The translations under genes were made by a program, and so were the position numbers. A DNA stretch of 63,091 bases, filler included, from Neolecta irregularis DAH-3 (lineage: Eukaryota): assembly GCA_001929475.1 (NCBI GenBank). It is 10 parts of 10 records of this genome, joined end to end, with 100 filler letters (N's around TTAATTAATTAA, not from the genome) between each part and the next. Parts side by side here need not be neighbours in the genome. Positions count along the whole stretch, not along the records: positions 19,414 to 45,356 come from LXFE01003800.1; positions 45,457 to 46,511 come from LXFE01003802.1; positions 46,612 to 47,675 come from LXFE01000471.1; positions 47,776 to 50,079 come from LXFE01003807.1; positions 50,180 to 56,694 come from LXFE01000472.1; 5 more parts are not named here. One strand, 5' to 3'. Below are positions 41,986-54,255 of this stretch, piece after piece. The notes beneath the pieces are model-generated. The model did no database searches and was not told where the DNA came from. It saw only the letters and a program-made list of their open reading frames with translations. How positions within the stretch are numbered: the stretch's first letter is position 1; the number at the start of each line of letters is the position of its first letter.

Positions 41986-44900
41986 CTACCTCCACAGCTG
42001 ATACCACCGTTGTTCGCTTTCCTCTTCCCCTTCTTCAGCAACCTTCCAGTCCTGAAGAACATTCAAAAAGATCTGCTCAAGCTCGATGGGCTTCAACGAA
42101 TAATGTTTTATATTGAGAGCTGTTTTGTGCTCCTCCAAAACTTTGATTAACCCGACGATATGGGAGGAATTTTCAGGTTGGGGAATTTGTAGCTTTATAT
42201 TTCGATCCAGTGATTCGTCGATCACAATCATCTCTGGATATTTTGACACAAGAAAGTCGTGGGTAGCTCTCGTCGAAGAGGTCATGACATCAACTTGTAT
42301 GCTTTGTCCAAGTCCAGAACGGAGATTGTCGATAGTGCCAATAGCAAGCAGACGCTTAGCGAGAATGGAAACTCTGTTCGAGAGTATGACAGCTTCGGTC
42401 ATATCGTGAGTCGTCAGAAGTACAGCCCGCCCAGCCGCGAGAGAAGGGAATACATTCCATATAATGCGTTTGGCCATTGGATCAAGACCGCAGCTGGGTT
42501 CATCGAGAAGAAGAACTGAGGGATTTCCTGAAAGGTAAGCATCGAATTAAGAACATCATTTCATACCCAATAACGCAATTGCTAGACTCAACTTTCTGGC
42601 GTTTCCACCTGATAATTTCGCGCAGCTTCTTTCAGAAAATTGTGCAAGCCCAATGACGCGCATTAAGGTCTCGATATTTTGATGTCGCTGACCTTTTGGA
42701 ATTCCCTTGATGTCCGCATAGAATTGTAATTGCTGCCGTACGGTCAAATTATCCTACAAAAATAAATGATGTGGAATCATAAAACCAAACCTGTGCATCA
42801 AACTGCGGACAAACACCAAGATGCCATCTAGCCTGACTTCGATTCAGTGTGACAGAATCACCTTGGACAAAAATGTCTCCGTGGTCAGATTTGACGACTC
42901 CTCTAATTTGTTCAAAGATGGTTGTTTTCCCCGCCGAATTCGGGCCACAAATGACCAAACATTCACCTTGCTGAACACCAAATGTAACATTATCGACAGC
43001 CTTTAGCTTTCCAAAGGACTTAGAAAGTTGTATGACTTGAAGAGCATCATCTGAGCCATCCAGCAGTCGAATCTCTTCAGCATCAACGTTGGAATTCTTG
43101 CTTATGGCTGACTTCTCGTGATCTGGGTTTTGTAGTCTTCTACGAGAAAAGTGAAATGAACTGGCATCATTCCAAACAAGAAAAATGAAGTAAGCAGCAG
43201 ACTGAACAATCAAATAAAAGAAACAACTTCCATATAAGCGCCAATCTCCACCAACGTTTGATGGTAAATTATCCTCATTGACACAGCGTGCTTGAAATCC
43301 GTTGACAGCAACATAAAAAGCACGAATGCATGGAATCACGGGATGGAGCCAGCCTAAAGTATAGAAGAACAAATTGAGGTTTCTTTTCTTCATTAAAGGA
43401 TCTGCATATGCGACAATTCCAAGGTTACCGCCGAGGAATGCCACAAAGAAGAACAGCAACAGGGTCGCACTCAACGCAAATGCAGAAAACTGACTCTTTG
43501 ACTTCAAGGACAGAATATAGCCCAGCAATGTAGCTGCAATACTGAAGAACATGAGAACGACAGAAAAAATACCAAGGCCGAAAAGGGAGATTTCTCCGAG
43601 TTTTATTCCCCCATAGAGCAAGACTCCAATTAAGGTGCTTATGGTAACCATAAGCGGTATTTCATGCAATAGATGGCCCGCCCAAACAGCCAAAGGGTTC
43701 ATTTGATTAGAGTACTGCAGCGATCGAACGTTTCGAATCTTTTCGTATGTTGGATATAAAACCGGCAACGATACCCACACTGCGCTTGCGAGCATCAAAA
43801 ATCCAAGAAATGCGAGCCATGAAAATTCACCATCAGCAGCGTAGATGGCCACGCTACGATAGGGTAGGACCCCATATCCTGTATGGAGCCTTAGGCCCTT
43901 GGAGCCTATGATTTGATTGAATCGGATATTGTTGACAATATTCAATAAACTACCCGCCTTGGCGAAATCTCCGTTTAAGGGCCATGCTACTATAGCTCTC
44001 TCTGTGGAACAGAAAATCCCGCCAGACATACTGTAGCCAACTCTTTCATCATTTTGATTTTGCATGTCAACAAATGTCTCTCGCATTTTCTCAGGTGTGG
44101 AAGCAATCGTTAGATCTGTTAAATTCAAAGTTGTAGAGGAAAGAATATCCTTGTCTGGACCAACACAAATCGGATCATACTCAGAAATCCCTCTGTGGTG
44201 AAACTCGTGCCCAGGAATAACATATCGGTGTATCTCGTCGCACGGAGCATGAAGACGTAGACCAATCCAGTGGAGAGAAAGCCAAACAGTGGCAACCACC
44301 AAAGCAATCGTCAGAATAGGGATGAGAAAGTAATGACGTTTAGTAATGAGAATTCGCTTTTTGGCCTGAGCGAGAATCTGAAAAAAACTTCCTATTCGAC
44401 GTCCACTTGATAAATTTATCTTCTCTTCAGTTTCCTCATCGTCTGGGGTTTTTTCAGCCATTTCTTCCTTGGCAAGTTTCAAGAATACTTCTTCTAAAGT
44501 TGGGCCTTCAACGGAAACATTTTGTTCCTCTAAGCCATGGAGTATCTCTGTAACGGCAATGGGATCTTTAGCAAAGTATTGCTTGTCTTTAACGCAAACG
44601 GTATACCCGTTTCCGAATTTGTTCTTCAATTCCAAAGGTTCGCCGAAACATTTGATGACTCCATTCGACATGACCGCAATCCAATCACCGAGAAGATCTG
44701 CTTCTTCGAGATAATGGGTGGTCTGAATGAATGTGCGTTTCCCCCGATTTGCTAGGAGGATTTTCCAAATCTTTCGACGCGATAACGGATCGAGACCGCT
44801 CGAAACTTCATCGAGACAACAGACTATTGACCATTAACAGATGAACAGGGAAGGCATACCTGTAGAACCGCCGACAAGGGATACAAGAAGCTGCAACCGT

Positions 44901-45356
44901 CGTTTCATTCCACCAGACAAATCTTTTGATTGAGAATTTTGTTTGAGAGTCAGATCGCATTCATACAGTAAGGCGGACAAATCCTCATTGTTGGAACTCT
45001 TGATTCGACGCCATATATCCGCATGTTGTAGAGGTGTCAGCTCGTCCCATAAAATGTTCTTCTGAGGACATAACGAAACGGTTCCAGGTGGCAGTTCCCA
45101 ACGCTTTCGACCAAATATCTTCATCGTACCTTTCGGAGCACGTATTAGACCTGTAAGACAATTCAATGTCGTTGATTTTCCAGAGCCGTTGGATCCGACA
45201 AGACAGACTATTGAACCGACGGGCACGGATAGGGAAATATTGTTGACAGCAGTGACTTTCTTTCGATTGAAACATGTGGAAGAAGAATAAGTTTTAGTAA
45301 GATTCTCAATTGATACCGCAGGAGCGGATTTATCGGGGGGTTTCGACCGACGAAAT
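41986..45356 (-). CDS. ABCA-subfamily full-size ABC transporter; 5' part (TMD1) missing at the gap
   Basis: NBD1 GSNGSGKST, CPQKNILW, LSGGMKRRL, LDEVSSGLDP; ABCA signatures LKNKFG and TLEEVFL; TMD2; NBD2 GPNSAGKTT, GVCPQFDA, LSGGNARKLS, LLTTHDM, LEQIFL. Confidence 0.93.
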
Positions 45357-45456
45357 NNNNNNNNNNNNNNNNNNNNNNNNNNNNNNNNNNNNNNNNNNNN
45401 TTAATTAATTAANNNNNNNNNNNNNNNNNNNNNNNNNNNNNNNNNNNNNNNNNNNN

Positions 45457-45878
45457 GAGAAAACTCGTCAACAACGTTAAATTTTCGTGGTTCCTTGATA
45501 CTACATTATCAATTTCCATACTATCACAGGTGCTTACGTGTGGAGAGCCCTCATTCGATATTTAGATGGTGATTGATTAAATGGAAATTGATAATATTGC
45601 TTGATCGCATTCGGATATTGATAACAATGGGAGACTGGGCCGTTGATTTCTTCAGTGACGTCGGTGACGAATGAATTACAGGAATACTTATTTAAGAAGC
45701 ATTCCTCTGCACATTGCCATAACTGTTGTCCAAATGTATTGTGAAATCTTGTAACACGATTAGGGGATAGGGCTATTTCATCCAACTTAAATGCCACTTT
45801 TGTGAAATAAGGGAGATATGATGCAGCGCATACGAGATTCATATGAAGCACGATCGACCACAAGAGCTTTGATAACAT
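45457..45878 (-). CDS. Secreted PAN/apple-like module protein; second exon runs into the gap
   Basis: MLSKLLWSIVLHMNLVCA signal, CAEECFLNKYSCNSF..SHCYQY; phase-2 intron 45537-45501 (GTAAGC..TAG), then open frame TIKEPRKFNVVDEFS up to the gap; CTATAAAAG at 45962-45970. Confidence 0.7.
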
Positions 45879-46279
45879 AATATAGGTAATGGTCTGCATA
45901 GAGTAAGGATGCAGTATGAGCCTGTAGAGGAGAGTTGGGTAAAACCTCATGGCATCAAGCCCTTTTATAGAGTCGCAAGATTGTGCCGGTTCCAGCTTTT
46001 CCTTGCTGTCTCTGAAAAAGCCACAAATATATGAAACACATTTGGTTGAGATTAGCCGAAAAGAGTTGAAGTGCGGACGCGGGCGACGCTGGCATTTGAC
46101 GAGGGGAGCGGGCAGTGAGCTATTTAGCAGAGTAGTGACTAAAGGGCGGGGCAGCGGCAGCCTACAGGGTCAGTTTGAGCACAGGTAGAAGACAAAGTGG
46201 AAAGAGAAGATAGGATTCGCTCGGGTAGTCATCGGACTTGCCATCGGGTACATCACAGGGAGGCAAAGAGGGAAAGTAG

Positions 46280-46441
46280 TGTGCATATATGCTGATTTGT
46301 ATAGAAGTAGCGCCTATCCTGACTATCAGGAGAGGCTTTTACGAGATATTCAATATACGCAGTTACTTCTCTTCTAAGTAACTACGCTAGAGTACCCAAC
46401 CGGAGTCTCACCCAGAACCAAAGCAAGTTTGCGTGCTGACA
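46280..46441 (-). mobile_element. LTR remnant, same family
   Basis: Reverse complement starts TGTCAGCACGCAAACTTG and aligns with 49805-49970 and 41650-41750. Other boundary unclear. Confidence 0.75.
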
Positions 46442-47410
46442 TGCTGCTTTGTATGCGAGGGGTTTCGCTTTCTTTTCTGCATCTTTACGAGCTCTCTGAG
46501 CAGCAATGTACNNNNNNNNNNNNNNNNNNNNNNNNNNNNNNNNNNNNNNNNNNNNTTAATTAATTAANNNNNNNNNNNNNNNNNNNNNNNNNNNNNNNNN
46601 NNNNNNNNNNNAGCAATGCAGAGGAGACAGAATATTCTGCAAGGTGAGAATTTTTTGAGCCAGGCGAGTGCAATGGGTATGTGGGGAGGAAGTTGGGAAC
46701 CAAAAGGAGGGTGGGGCTGGGGATGGCTAACATGAAGGGCGATTCATGTGGCAGAGGATGCAACTCAGGCAGTTAGCGGTAGGAAAGCAGGCATAAATAG
46801 AGGGAGACTACCAACCAGTATGGCACACACTAACCAGATCATGCTGCACGAGCTGGCGCCTGGGTGGCAGTGGAGAGGTGGAGACTCGAGGCTGGGTGCA
46901 GCGGGCAGGGACAGCCAGCCGGCACCTGTGCAAGCAGTGGCCAAGGCGTGCAGGCAGGTGGTCAACCTGGCCAACGAGCGTAGCCCGGCCAGAAGCACAA
47001 CCCAGTCAGCGGGGTCAGCGAGGCCGACTGTAGGCTGTGAGCTACGCGGGTATCGCCTGGGCTTATTTTCTCTGAGCAACCGGTTGCGACAGGGCCGTGT
47101 ACAGTGCCGCTGCACCCAATGACAGACCCTGCGATCCTGATGTTGATCTTTGTAGCACTGTGCGATGCCACTGCTGGAGAGGCGAGCAGCAATAAGACCA
47201 TTGGGAAGGAGACTGGGAGAGGGGGGCAGACTGGGAGAGAAGAAGCGCAGGTTAGAGATTGTGAGAAGGTGGTGGATGGAGAACGGTTAGGTAGAAGCGA
47301 GCATTTCCTTCTTTGAATCAGAAGAAAAAGCTAGCCGCTAGTGGTAGAACTATTACGACTTTTACTGAAAATTCAAAGATCTTTTACTGTAAATTCACCT
47401 TGGTCAGGAC

Positions 47411-47675
47411 TTTCACTGTAATTCTAGATTTCCCTGTAAGTTTAAGAACTTTCACTGTAATTCCGGATTTTCACTGCAAGTTCTAGGATTTTCACTGTAA
47501 TTCCAGATTTTCCCTGTAAGTTTAAGAACTTTCACTGTAATTCCAGATTTTCACTGTAAGTTCTAGGATTTTCACTGTAATTCCAGATTTTCCCTGTAAG
47601 TTCAAGAACTTTCACTGTAATTCCAGATTTTCCCTGTAAGTTCTAGGACTTTCACTGTAATTCCAGATTTCCCTG
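47411..47675 (+). repeat. Minisatellite with 40-bp period made of two related ~20-bp halves, truncated by the gap
   Basis: ttcactgtaa recurs at 47451, 47491, 47531, 47571, 47611, 47651; unit ttcactgtaattccagattttc(a/c)ctgtaagtt.... Confidence 0.95.
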
Positions 47676-48232
47676 NNNNNNNNNNNNNNNNNNNNNNNNN
47701 NNNNNNNNNNNNNNNNNNNTTAATTAATTAANNNNNNNNNNNNNNNNNNNNNNNNNNNNNNNNNNNNNNNNNNNNAGGACAGTGTTGTGGATGGACCTAA
47801 CCCTAAACCCTAATGGGTATTTAGGTAGGCCCTGGCATGCTCGTCGCGACAGGCTATTCGCTAACAACTACTCTACGAGATATACTGTGGGGTCTTATGC
47901 GGCCCACACGGAGGAAAGCAACAGGTTGGACCAGTTCGGTTTGGGAGCGGTAATACCGAATAGGAAAGTTACGGAACACGGAATGGACGGAATGGGCAGG
48001 GATAATGTGCCGTGGTTTGAAGAGTATTTAATAAGGGCCGAGCGCACTCGGCCTACCACTGTATAATCATAATACGATAATTATCATCAACAAGTGACCA
48101 CTCAGCATAATCATACGACGCGACACTTCACCGGAGTGGCATAATAACAAGACTTACTACTCACGTATACGACTAAAAACCTCACAGAGCAAGAGACAAT
48201 ACGCAGTTTAGTACATCCTTTCCTCGGGCATC

Positions 48233-49297
48233 ATGACCCTGCACAGTCGCATTTCAGACCCGCACACTGACTTTTTCACAGACAACAAATCCTCTGATTC
48301 CGTGCAGATATGGAGCCCGCAGATAACTTCCTTTATCGCTTCCCAGGTCGCAAAACACAGGCCAATGGTCCTTGTCACTGTACCCAGCCCCGCCCTCCTC
48401 CCTAATTACCCTTTAGAGTGGAGGCACTATAGTTCCCCTCGAGAATAATACTGTCCGCTTTCTCGATAACTTTTCTGCTGGCACCAGAGGCGCTTGTTCT
48501 GCAGAACACTTTATTCGAAACGGATACGCAGTCATCTTTCTACATCGCCAGTTCAGTTTACTTCCCTATTCACGACACTATTCTCACTCTACACATTGCT
48601 TTTTGGATTTTATGGACCTGGATGATGATGGCCACGGTGGTCTGCAAACTGTAATCCTCGGCCAGTACGAGGAGGAAATGAGAAGCGTCTTGAAGGACTA
48701 CAAGAGAGTACCCTATCCTCTTTAATCATCCGGCTAAATTGAAGGCTAAACAAGAGAATTTGTTGCTCGTAGTCTCCTTTATCACAGTAGCCGAATACCT
48801 CTTCCTCCTCCGCGACATCGCGCAGTGCATGGCTCCCCTCGGCTCAAACGCTCTACTGTATCTCGCAGCCGCTGTCTCGGATTTTCATCTACCGCCTGAG
48901 AAAATGAGTGTACATAAAATCCAATCGCAGGGCGGCCGTTGTCTGACTCTCCACCTTGAACCCGTCCCTAAATTTCTCACAAGATTGGTCAAACATTGGG
49001 CTCCTCAAGCCATGATTGTTAGTTTCAAGGTATTCTACCCAAAATTCAATATTAAAAATGTAGCTTGAAACTGAAGAACGGCTGCTTATTCCAAAATGTC
49101 GAAACGCATTGAAACGTTACGGTCATCAACTTGTCATTGGAAATTTATTGGATCGTAGAAAGAATGAGGTTATTCTAGTTCAACAAGACTCGGAAAGTTG
49201 GATTAGAGTAAAAGACGGAGAATTAGAAGATAAATTGGTTACCGAAGTTATCGGACGTCATAAAAGGTGGGCTGTTAAAATGAAATCGAGTATTTAG
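48233..49297 (+). CDS. cab2: Phosphopantothenate--cysteine ligase (CoA biosynthesis)
   Basis: [69 protein letters not shown]. Confidence 0.95.
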
Positions 49298-49592
49298 ACG
49301 CAGAATCTGGTTATCTATTAAATGCTCTTTAAATATTTATTGTTCGTCCCTTAAAAAGTAGGAGTCCCTCTTGATTAAAGGCGTAGCTTTCAAGAAAACC
49401 TTTACCTATAGTGGGTTTAAACAACAACCAAAACCATTCAAAAACCCAAAAATCGCATGTGTTCCACGCGAAACGTCAGATCTGCGAAACGTAAATGGAA
49501 ATAACCAGCGCCACCACTACCACTCCAACGCTTGGAATATACCCACCTAGATGCCTAATTATCTTGCAACCACTGCTTCTCCACCATAAGCC

Positions 49593-49745
49593 CAGTGTTG
49601 GCATTGGGCCATGGGCTTAGCCTGGCCCATTAAAAGCCCGCGGGCATAGCCCATGGGCCAGGCTTTCGTTTTGGCCCAAGCCCATGGGCCAGGCTTTTTT
49701 CTTGGCCTGGCCCATTGGCCCATGGGCCTACATGGGCTAAAACGA
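49593..49745 (+). mobile_element. Possible hAT-type DNA transposon end with palindromic GCCCATGGGC subterminal repeats
   Basis: Starts CAGTGTTG and is followed by many GCCCA/TGGGC copies; no partner end or transposase seen. Confidence 0.4.
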
Positions 49746-49804
49746 GCTTTTCATGTGATATTAAATATATTAAATAGTACTATTCAGTGCTTCTCCTCCC
49801 ATCT

Positions 49805-50079
49805 TGTCAGCAAACTTGTCTTTATGTGGTTGTGGTGCGGGTTGAGACTCAGGTTGGGTGCTCTGACTTAGTTACTAAGATAAGAAGTAACTGAGTATAT
49901 TGACTATCACTTTGAAGCCTGCCCAGCTAGTCAGGGTAGGCGCTACTTAAGTACAAATCTGCTCATCTGCACAATACCATCATTTGCCTCTTACCTTCCT
50001 GTGATGTACTTGGTGGTCAGTCTGATGACCACCCTGAATGGCTGAAGCCATGACGCTGGTGGTTTCCCTTTACCAATCC
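49805..50079 (+). mobile_element. LTR remnant, same family, running into the gap
   Basis: Starts TGTCAGCAAACTTG; core aagaagtaactgagtatattg..ccagctagtc..taggcgctactta matches 41660-41730. Confidence 0.78.
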
Positions 50080-50179
50080 NNNNNNNNNNNNNNNNNNNNN
50101 NNNNNNNNNNNNNNNNNNNNNNNTTAATTAATTAANNNNNNNNNNNNNNNNNNNNNNNNNNNNNNNNNNNNNNNNNNNN

Positions 50180-50860
50180 AGATCATAAATCATAGTAGCC
50201 AGGACCAATCCAAAGATGAAAGCTGCTAGCCATTCCATGACGGCTTGTCGACTGGTATTGTCGGATGACACGATCGCAGTAAGGATGATGCCAAAAGCGA
50301 CGACTAGAAAGGATACTTTAAAAATACAAGAGATGAGCAGACTCTTGCATTTTCGATTGTATTTGTATAGCCGTCCGAATTCGATGACGGATAAGATGAC
50401 GGTGAAAGCTACTGTTATGACGAACGAACTGGAAAAATCCGTGTGGATTTGATACTTGTCCTCGTAAATGTTAACATGGTAAGTTTCATAGCAGCAACGA
50501 CGCCCCAGAAGATGATTAGTGCAGCAAAGATTTGTTCAGTGCGATCCTGTGTTCCGGCCAGATGGTTCTTGAGTCGAAGATACTTGTCGGCCATCAAGGT
50601 AAGGGCGAAACCAAGACCGACGATTGAGCAACAAGGGATGAACAGGGGTATCATCTTGAGGCCAATGTCTGAAATGAAGACGAGGCTGGCGTCCACTGGT
50701 AGCTCGGCCGACCCGGGCGGTCCAGTAGATCGCCACTATCGATTAGGCACGAAGACAGGCAGAAGCACTTGTGACGAGCATGCCGACCCAAATCCCGAGG
50801 GTCGCTACAGGGATCCACGCAAAGCCGAGCGAAAGGCGCCAGGTGGCCGTAATTGTGCAT
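50180..50860 (-). pseudogene. Sfk1/Frag1/DRAM-family membrane protein, frameshifted (pseudogene or sequencing errors); 3' end in gap
   Basis: AWIPV..IWVGML, GRPSY, VFISDIG, PLFIP, DKYLR, EFGRL, AVMEW motifs fall in different frames with no intron to explain the shifts. Confidence 0.65.
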
Positions 50861-52452
50861 GAACTCGGGACCTGTTTTGTTTATATCCCGCCGGCCAGGG
50901 GGGCGACGGATACGGAGATTAACTTCGACGCCCTGGGACAAGACACATCGCCCCATCCAGGCCTTTTTTCGCAAGACACATCCAAACCCTCCGTATATGT
51001 GGCGCAGGTGGCTGGTGTCCGCGGAACACAGCCACCTGCTCAAACAAGCACCTCCCCGGCACTTTCTGCGGCTCGCTCTATTTGCCGCATGTAATACCGC
51101 AAGACTCAGAGTTTCGACTTGTGGGAACATGTACGTTATGATACTCCAAAGTACAAATACAACAAGGCTTATAGTACTAGTCCCAGTGTCGTATCTTACG
51201 CTAGGTGTTCTAATTACACCAAGTTTTTATCCGGTCATAAAGGCTATTATTCCACGCTTCTTGCCATATTGGTAAGGTGTACCCAAAGGGTACATCCTTA
51301 CTGAAGAAGTCAAGGGAACAGTATTGTCTGCTGAATGGGTGACTACTAAGAGCAGCCCTTTGTCACCATGATGGTCCAACAACGAGTTCTCATTGAGGTT
51401 CAGTTTGCCAAAGATAACAATGACAACTCTGCTTCCACTTTTACAACCACAGCAGCCAAGATGGAAGCCTCCCTCTAGTTCTTTTGGTCTTCCTCAAAAG
51501 CCTATATTATTGTGTATATCGCCCTTCCAGTGTGTCCAACTGCCTGCTGCAAGTGGCAGAAATTAACAATTTACATAGTTGTAATCCCGCACTCACTACA
51601 ATAACCACAATTGCTAATATAAATTGATTTCTATCTGGCCATTTATTCAGCTGCTATTATTTCTCCTGATGTCTATTTACAAAAAGCCCCGTTAGCCGCC
51701 AGTTCTTCTGGAATTCATTTGCTTCCACGTAATCCCCAAGATGATTTCTTTCATCAGTAATCAGTTTTGCTGCTTGGCTGAATACTCTTTTCTGCACCCA
51801 TTGCAGGTATTGATGCTATCTTTTGAGCACTGGCCTTCTTGTCTTGATATGACTTGCCGCATTTGGTGAATGACTTCATTCTTTGATGAGTGAGGGATTT
51901 ACCCAACCTTCTAAATTCGATCCCAAGAAGATTGAAAGGCCTGTGGAGATGTTTTCTCTTCTGCAGAGATATTCATGGGCCGAGATCGAATGAAAAAGGT
52001 TTGAATGTTCGCTACTGGACTGACACTAAAAGGCCCTTTTTTTATCGCCCGACGATTGAACTAGCCCATTTTAAAGTGACAAGAAACATGAAACAACTAC
52101 GGCGTTATAAGTGAAAACATCTGATTCCTTGCTTTACTGGTACCCCTTAATTCAAAGCATACGGTCATTCTTTCTGGACGCATTCATTTGAACCTCCCGA
52201 CCTCTGTGCAGCCGGTATGCCCTTGGCGTGAGCAGTTTCATTATCTTATGCATTGCCAAATCACATTATTAGAGAAGATTCAACCTATTGCGTTTGCCTT
52301 TCCAAATCCGCCAAAGAGAGGGAAATTGACGGTCAGCCATCTATTCTCTTTGTCTCCCAATATCGCTTAATATTGCAGCCTAACCATCAACTGTGTCTAA
52401 CTGACTCATTCATTTTGTCAGTTTCTGCACATCTTCATCCTCATTGTTTTCG

Positions 52453-54183
52453 ATGGATCGTGGCTATGCACAACGAGGGAGAACACCGGCCTTTCCACCA
52501 CCCACAAACGCCAATCGCCAGAATTTTTACCACACGCCTCGCATATTATCACCTATTCCACCCTCTCCGAGTGAGACGGCTGCGCCGTCATCGAGGAATC
52601 GCTCTAGCATAAGTCCTCGAAGTGTTCCCAGTGAATCGTATACGCTACCTTTGGATGTACCATTTGTCCTCGATGAAGAAATCACAACACCCTCCTATTC
52701 GCCAAATATATCCAGTGAAATCCCAATTCTCCTTTCTCCGGGAATTCATCATGATTCGAGAGGGCAGTCGATTGCATCATCATCATTATCGGGTAGAACT
52801 GGATGGCGGGAATCCGAGTTTTCATTTCAAGCTGTGGCTCCTAGTCGATTGAGCATTGAAAGTGGCAACTCTGATGAAGACCCTGATGGTGATGGAAACA
52901 ATCTCGTCCGACAAGCAAGCATTTCCCGTGTCATCCGCGCAACCCCACAGATCATGCCGCAACATATCAGAGTCCGTTCCTCCTTGCCAGATATTGGTGA
53001 TCGGTCCGATGACTTTTCTTCAAGCGACGAAGGTTCTCGGTATTCATCCCCTCAAGAAACCGAGAGACCAAAACATCTGCCTTCCCCTTTAAATCTCCAT
53101 GTAATCAAGGAAGCGGAGTCTCGAGGAAGTCTTACTAGCCTACCAGATTTGATCAATCGAGCTACACGTCTAGCTGGCTATTTGGAAGCTGGTGTCATAC
53201 CTTCAAGAGAGTCTCTCAGTACTCTCAGCTCAAGGCCTTGCCAGCCGAGTCATCGGGGTGTGTTTCTTCTTTCCATAATACCACGGCTAATAAAAACAGG
53301 CACTGGGAACAATTTCTCCGATATTCTGGTTGAATTTCCTGCTGTCGATGAAAGCCGAACAAAAGAAATAAGTCTAGATACGTCAAATCTCGTGCTATCA
53401 CAATCAGATCGCCGGAGTAATGATAGACCTCCAATTAGAGATCGAAAAGTGTGTGGTTTACCTCTTCCTGTGTTCATATATATCATCATCTTTGTCGTTT
53501 TCACCGCTGTTCTTCTTTCCGTTGGGATCTTCTTGATAAAGTCGAAGGAATTAGCAACTGGGAGTATCGGCGACTCTTGCTACAAAGCTTTACCTTGTTT
53601 TAATGGGGGGATTTCGACGATGTCGAAAAGAAGGTGCACTTGTATTTGTACATCTTCCTTCACTGGTCCCCAGTGTGAATTATCGTCCGATCCGAGTTGC
53701 TCAATTGTAGATACTGGAGGCCGAAATTTCACCATTGGGAATGCTATCCCACCGTTAATCACATCTTCGAATCGGACTTTCGGTATTTATCTCGATGCAT
53801 GGGAGTTGACTATGAAATTTGGCAACATCAGCTGCACTGATCAGAATGAGCTTATTAGGGTAAATGGTTATACAACTTCCGAATGGGAAACCCCGATGAC
53901 TTCTGTTGCACCTCTGACTTTCGAAAAGGACAACAATGATCAGACGATTGTTTCGAACCCAGAAACCATTGGAGAATTGCCCTCTTTTTCACAGGATAAA
54001 GCAACAGTATTCTCGCGTGTGGCAATACTATTTCTAGCCGAAAATGAAGGTACCGACTTTGCACGAATGGCACAAAGTCAACTGCAAGAGAATTTTAATC
54101 TCGGATCGCAAGCAAATACCACTGTAATCATCGATAACTTTATTGTGAGTTTGGTTGATGGAACGATTAAGAAGAATAGGTGA
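52453..54183 (+). CDS. Single-pass membrane protein: disordered S/P-rich N-terminus, TM helix, EGF-like Cys module and C-terminal domain
   Basis: ORF of about 576 aa; SLTSLPDLINRATRLA, TM LPVFIYIIIFVVFTAVLLSVGIFLI, PCFNGG..CTCICTSSFTGPQC; probable in-frame intron near 53259-53300. Confidence 0.8.
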   Translation: MDRGYAQRGRTPAFPPPTNANRQNFYHTPRILSPIPPSPSETAAPSSRNRSSISPRSVPSESYTLPLDVPFVLDEEITTPSYSPNISSEIPILLSPGIHHDSRGQSIASSSLSGRTGWRESEFSFQAVAPSRLSIESGNSDEDPDGDGNNLVRQASISRVIRATPQIMPQHIRVRSSLPDIGDRSDDFSSSDEGSRYSSPQETERPKHLPSPLNLHVIKEAESRGSLTSLPDLINRATRLAGYLEAGVIPSRESLSTLSSRPCQPSHRGVFLLSIIPRLIKTGTGNNFSDILVEFPAVDESRTKEISLDTSNLVLSQSDRRSNDRPPIRDRKVCGLPLPVFIYIIIFVVFTAVLLSVGIFLIKSKELATGSIGDSCYKALPCFNGGISTMSKRRCTCICTSSFTGPQCELSSDPSCSIVDTGGRNFTIGNAIPPLITSSNRTFGIYLDAWELTMKFGNISCTDQNELIRVNGYTTSEWETPMTSVAPLTFEKDNNDQTIVSNPETIGELPSFSQDKATVFSRVAILFLAENEGTDFARMAQSQLQENFNLGSQANTTVIIDNFIVSLVDGTIKKNR

Positions 54184-54255
54184 TGTTTATGAGTTTTTGG
54201 TATATTAGCAATTCTCTTGCTTGTAGCAACTGGGCTGGTTTTTAAGTATATATAT

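Noticed and set aside
39182..45356. P450 plus ABC transporter as a secondary-metabolite cluster
   Set aside because: No PKS, NRPS, terpene synthase or cluster regulator is visible, and ABCA proteins are usually lipid transporters.
47411..47675. CRISPR-like array
   Set aside because: No unique spacers and a eukaryotic context; it is a tandem minisatellite.
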